Shown here: positions 62,069 through 64,000 of the stretch, piece after piece
Layout of the letters: each line of letters starts with the position of its first letter
How positions within the stretch are numbered: the stretch's first letter is position 1
DNA from: Thalia democratica
Taxonomy: Eukaryota
Reading direction: 5' to 3'
Assembly: GCA_965202585.1 (NCBI GenBank)
Contig: OZ241830.1
Span: 33,108,001-33,172,000 of the forward strand
DNA: 64,000 bases
The notes under the pieces: model-generated
What the model was told of the DNA's origin: nothing
Database searches by the model: none
The model's input: only the letters and a program-made list of their open reading frames with translations
Made by a program: the position numbers and the translations under genes

Positions 62069-64000
62069 ATAGTAGCGAGAAACCGCTGTTGTGATCTAAT
62101 CAAACGGGCTTAAGTACGAAGCGGTAATATAAACATATAAATAATAATAGAATAGTAAATTGAACTGAGCCTTGTTGTTTATGTAAACTAAAACTTATTC
62201 TTGCATGAAAGTATAAACAAAAACTATGATGTTTGCATACTCAATACTTCAAATATATAATTTATAAATAGGTAACTACGCGCTATTTTGCAAAACAAAA
62301 TTAATACAACTAGTTGAAATATAAGTTAAAAGTTATCTAAGTAGTCCTATTTTAAACTAGTTTTTTAGATTTCTTGCATTTATATAACCACATACAAGAT
62401 ATTAGTTTAGATTTTATTTCAATTTTTTTATTGATTTTAGAGTTTTGTTGATGTTTACGATGATACTTGGTTTAAATAAAAACTGTTTGAAAATTTTTTT
62501 TATTGATAGTTTTTTTTTTCATAAATTTTCATAATTTTTTAACAATTTTAAATCCTAAGTGATGTCATAATAATACTTTCATTAATTTTTTAAACTTTAA
62601 GATAACTTTTAATTTTATTGAACTTTTTAATAAACAATTACTTATTTACTGAATTATACCATTATAATTTAAGATTTTTAAAATATCCAACATCGTTATT
62701 TTGTTTATTCTATCATGCATGAACAGATTTTAACTTTCATTACATCCAACAACATTGCAATTTACTACTTTATTAATACTTGACAAGGTTAAAATTCTTC
62801 CTACTGAAACCTGGTATTAAATAATAGTTATTGATTTAATTATCATCTGATACAGTATCTTCAATATAAAGTATTTATACTCTGTAAAGTAACTGGCAGT
62901 TAAGTTTTTTTGTTTGAAAATTACTTAAAAACAGCTGTTGTAGAAGTTATAAAAAAAATAAATAACTAGCGATTCGGAAATATAGAATATCTGTCCTCAG
63001 TTCTTATAAACACAACCTACCTATTTAAACATAGTTAACTAAAATAACTCAAAATCGTTATATTTTATGTCTACATGGGTTATTACGAAGACTCTGAAAC
63101 TTGTGAGCTGATTGGGTAAACAATAAACTCAATGAGGCTCCTTCCGAGGCAAATTTTTTTATTACAGAAGAAGATTGGTTTTTAAACACTAAAACATTTT
63201 TGACTGTATAGCTTCAAACCATAAAAAAGTATAGATGCTCTACTTTTGGTCATAACAACAAAACTAAAGTATAGCTACACGGTAATAAAATACTTTTATG
63301 CACATATTAAATGATTTGCAAGTAAAAAATATTATAAATTTTAAAAACATATCTTAAAATAAATTTATATCGATCAAAAGTTAAAGACTTAAATTTTTTA
63401 GCATAAATGTACACAAAAAACTTCTTGAAAAAACTATAAAATTTCAAAACATCTAAAAATATTAATTAATACCTTTGTTAACAAAAGATCTTATCGAAAC
63501 AAGTTCACTGATATATATAATAAAAAATTATACAGCATCCTTTTACTTTTACACAAACACACCTCAACGGAGCTCTGTCAAAAAATAAATACTTTTAGGA
63601 AAGAATAGATTCTAAAGTAGGTATATACATGTGTCCATTAAAAATAAAAATAGCTGCTATAAACTTTCATAGGTTAATGGTTAATATTAGATACAATACG
63701 TAATGTTAAATCCGACTGCTATAAAACTATATAATATTAGTAATTATTAGTCTTAATTAAATAGGTTAAATTAAAACTACAAAATAAAATAACTAAAAAC
63801 AATATTAAATACATGCATGAAATCAGGAAGCACTAGTTCTAAATATTTACTGGTTACTAATTCATGAAAAAACATCTAACATTTATTTCACAATGTTAAG
63901 CTGTTATATGTAAACATTAGGGCAAGTTAGTTAATTTATACTACAAAGTTAAATAACTTAATATTTATGTATAGAAAAAGTGGTAGCTTTTATTTACGCT

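Noticed and set aside
61835-62113. 92-aa ORF on the + strand
   Set aside because: It starts at TTG, has no recognisable motif, and is the antisense of the hammerhead-containing unit; its higher GC explains the open frame.
1-64000. tRNA, rRNA and snRNA genes
   Set aside because: GTTCGA-type hits lack cloverleaf context, and no rRNA or snRNA motifs were recognised by eye; a tRNAscan/Infernal run would be needed to exclude them formally.

Overview
Very AT-rich animal genomic DNA with GT-AG introns; the species cannot be determined, but it looks like an invertebrate. Genes were reconstructed by hand from splice sites and frame phase. (1) The last 9 exons of a + strand gene whose visible part (Calx-beta, FnIII, FnIII, low-complexity tail) closely resembles the cytoplasmic region of integrin beta-4. 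(2) A convergent 3-exon minus-strand gene (about 396 aa) with betaTrCP-type degron motifs and an unnamed Cys/His-rich C-terminal domain. (3) Three intronless divergent 7TM/GPCR-like paralogs plus a relic of a fourth. (4) An Ly6/three-finger gene interrupted by one in-frame TAG. (5) A 6-exon, 175-aa four-TM gene that the ORF track misses, plus a 5'-truncated paralog carrying a nonsense codon. (6) Two paralogous 194-aa 2TM ORFs inside a 2.6-kb segmental duplication. Mobile DNA includes a composite hAT-type element with an exact 8-bp TSD carrying about 1.26 kb of cargo, a CR1/L2-type LINE fragment inside a second TIR element, and a Penelope-like retroelement with an inverted terminal copy. Three hammerhead-ribozyme motifs cluster at 59.4-62.1 kb; the one at 62026-62068 (-) is near-canonical and has a palindromic stem III. 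No tRNA, rRNA or CRISPR array was seen. All homology calls are from recalled sequences and motifs, not database searches.
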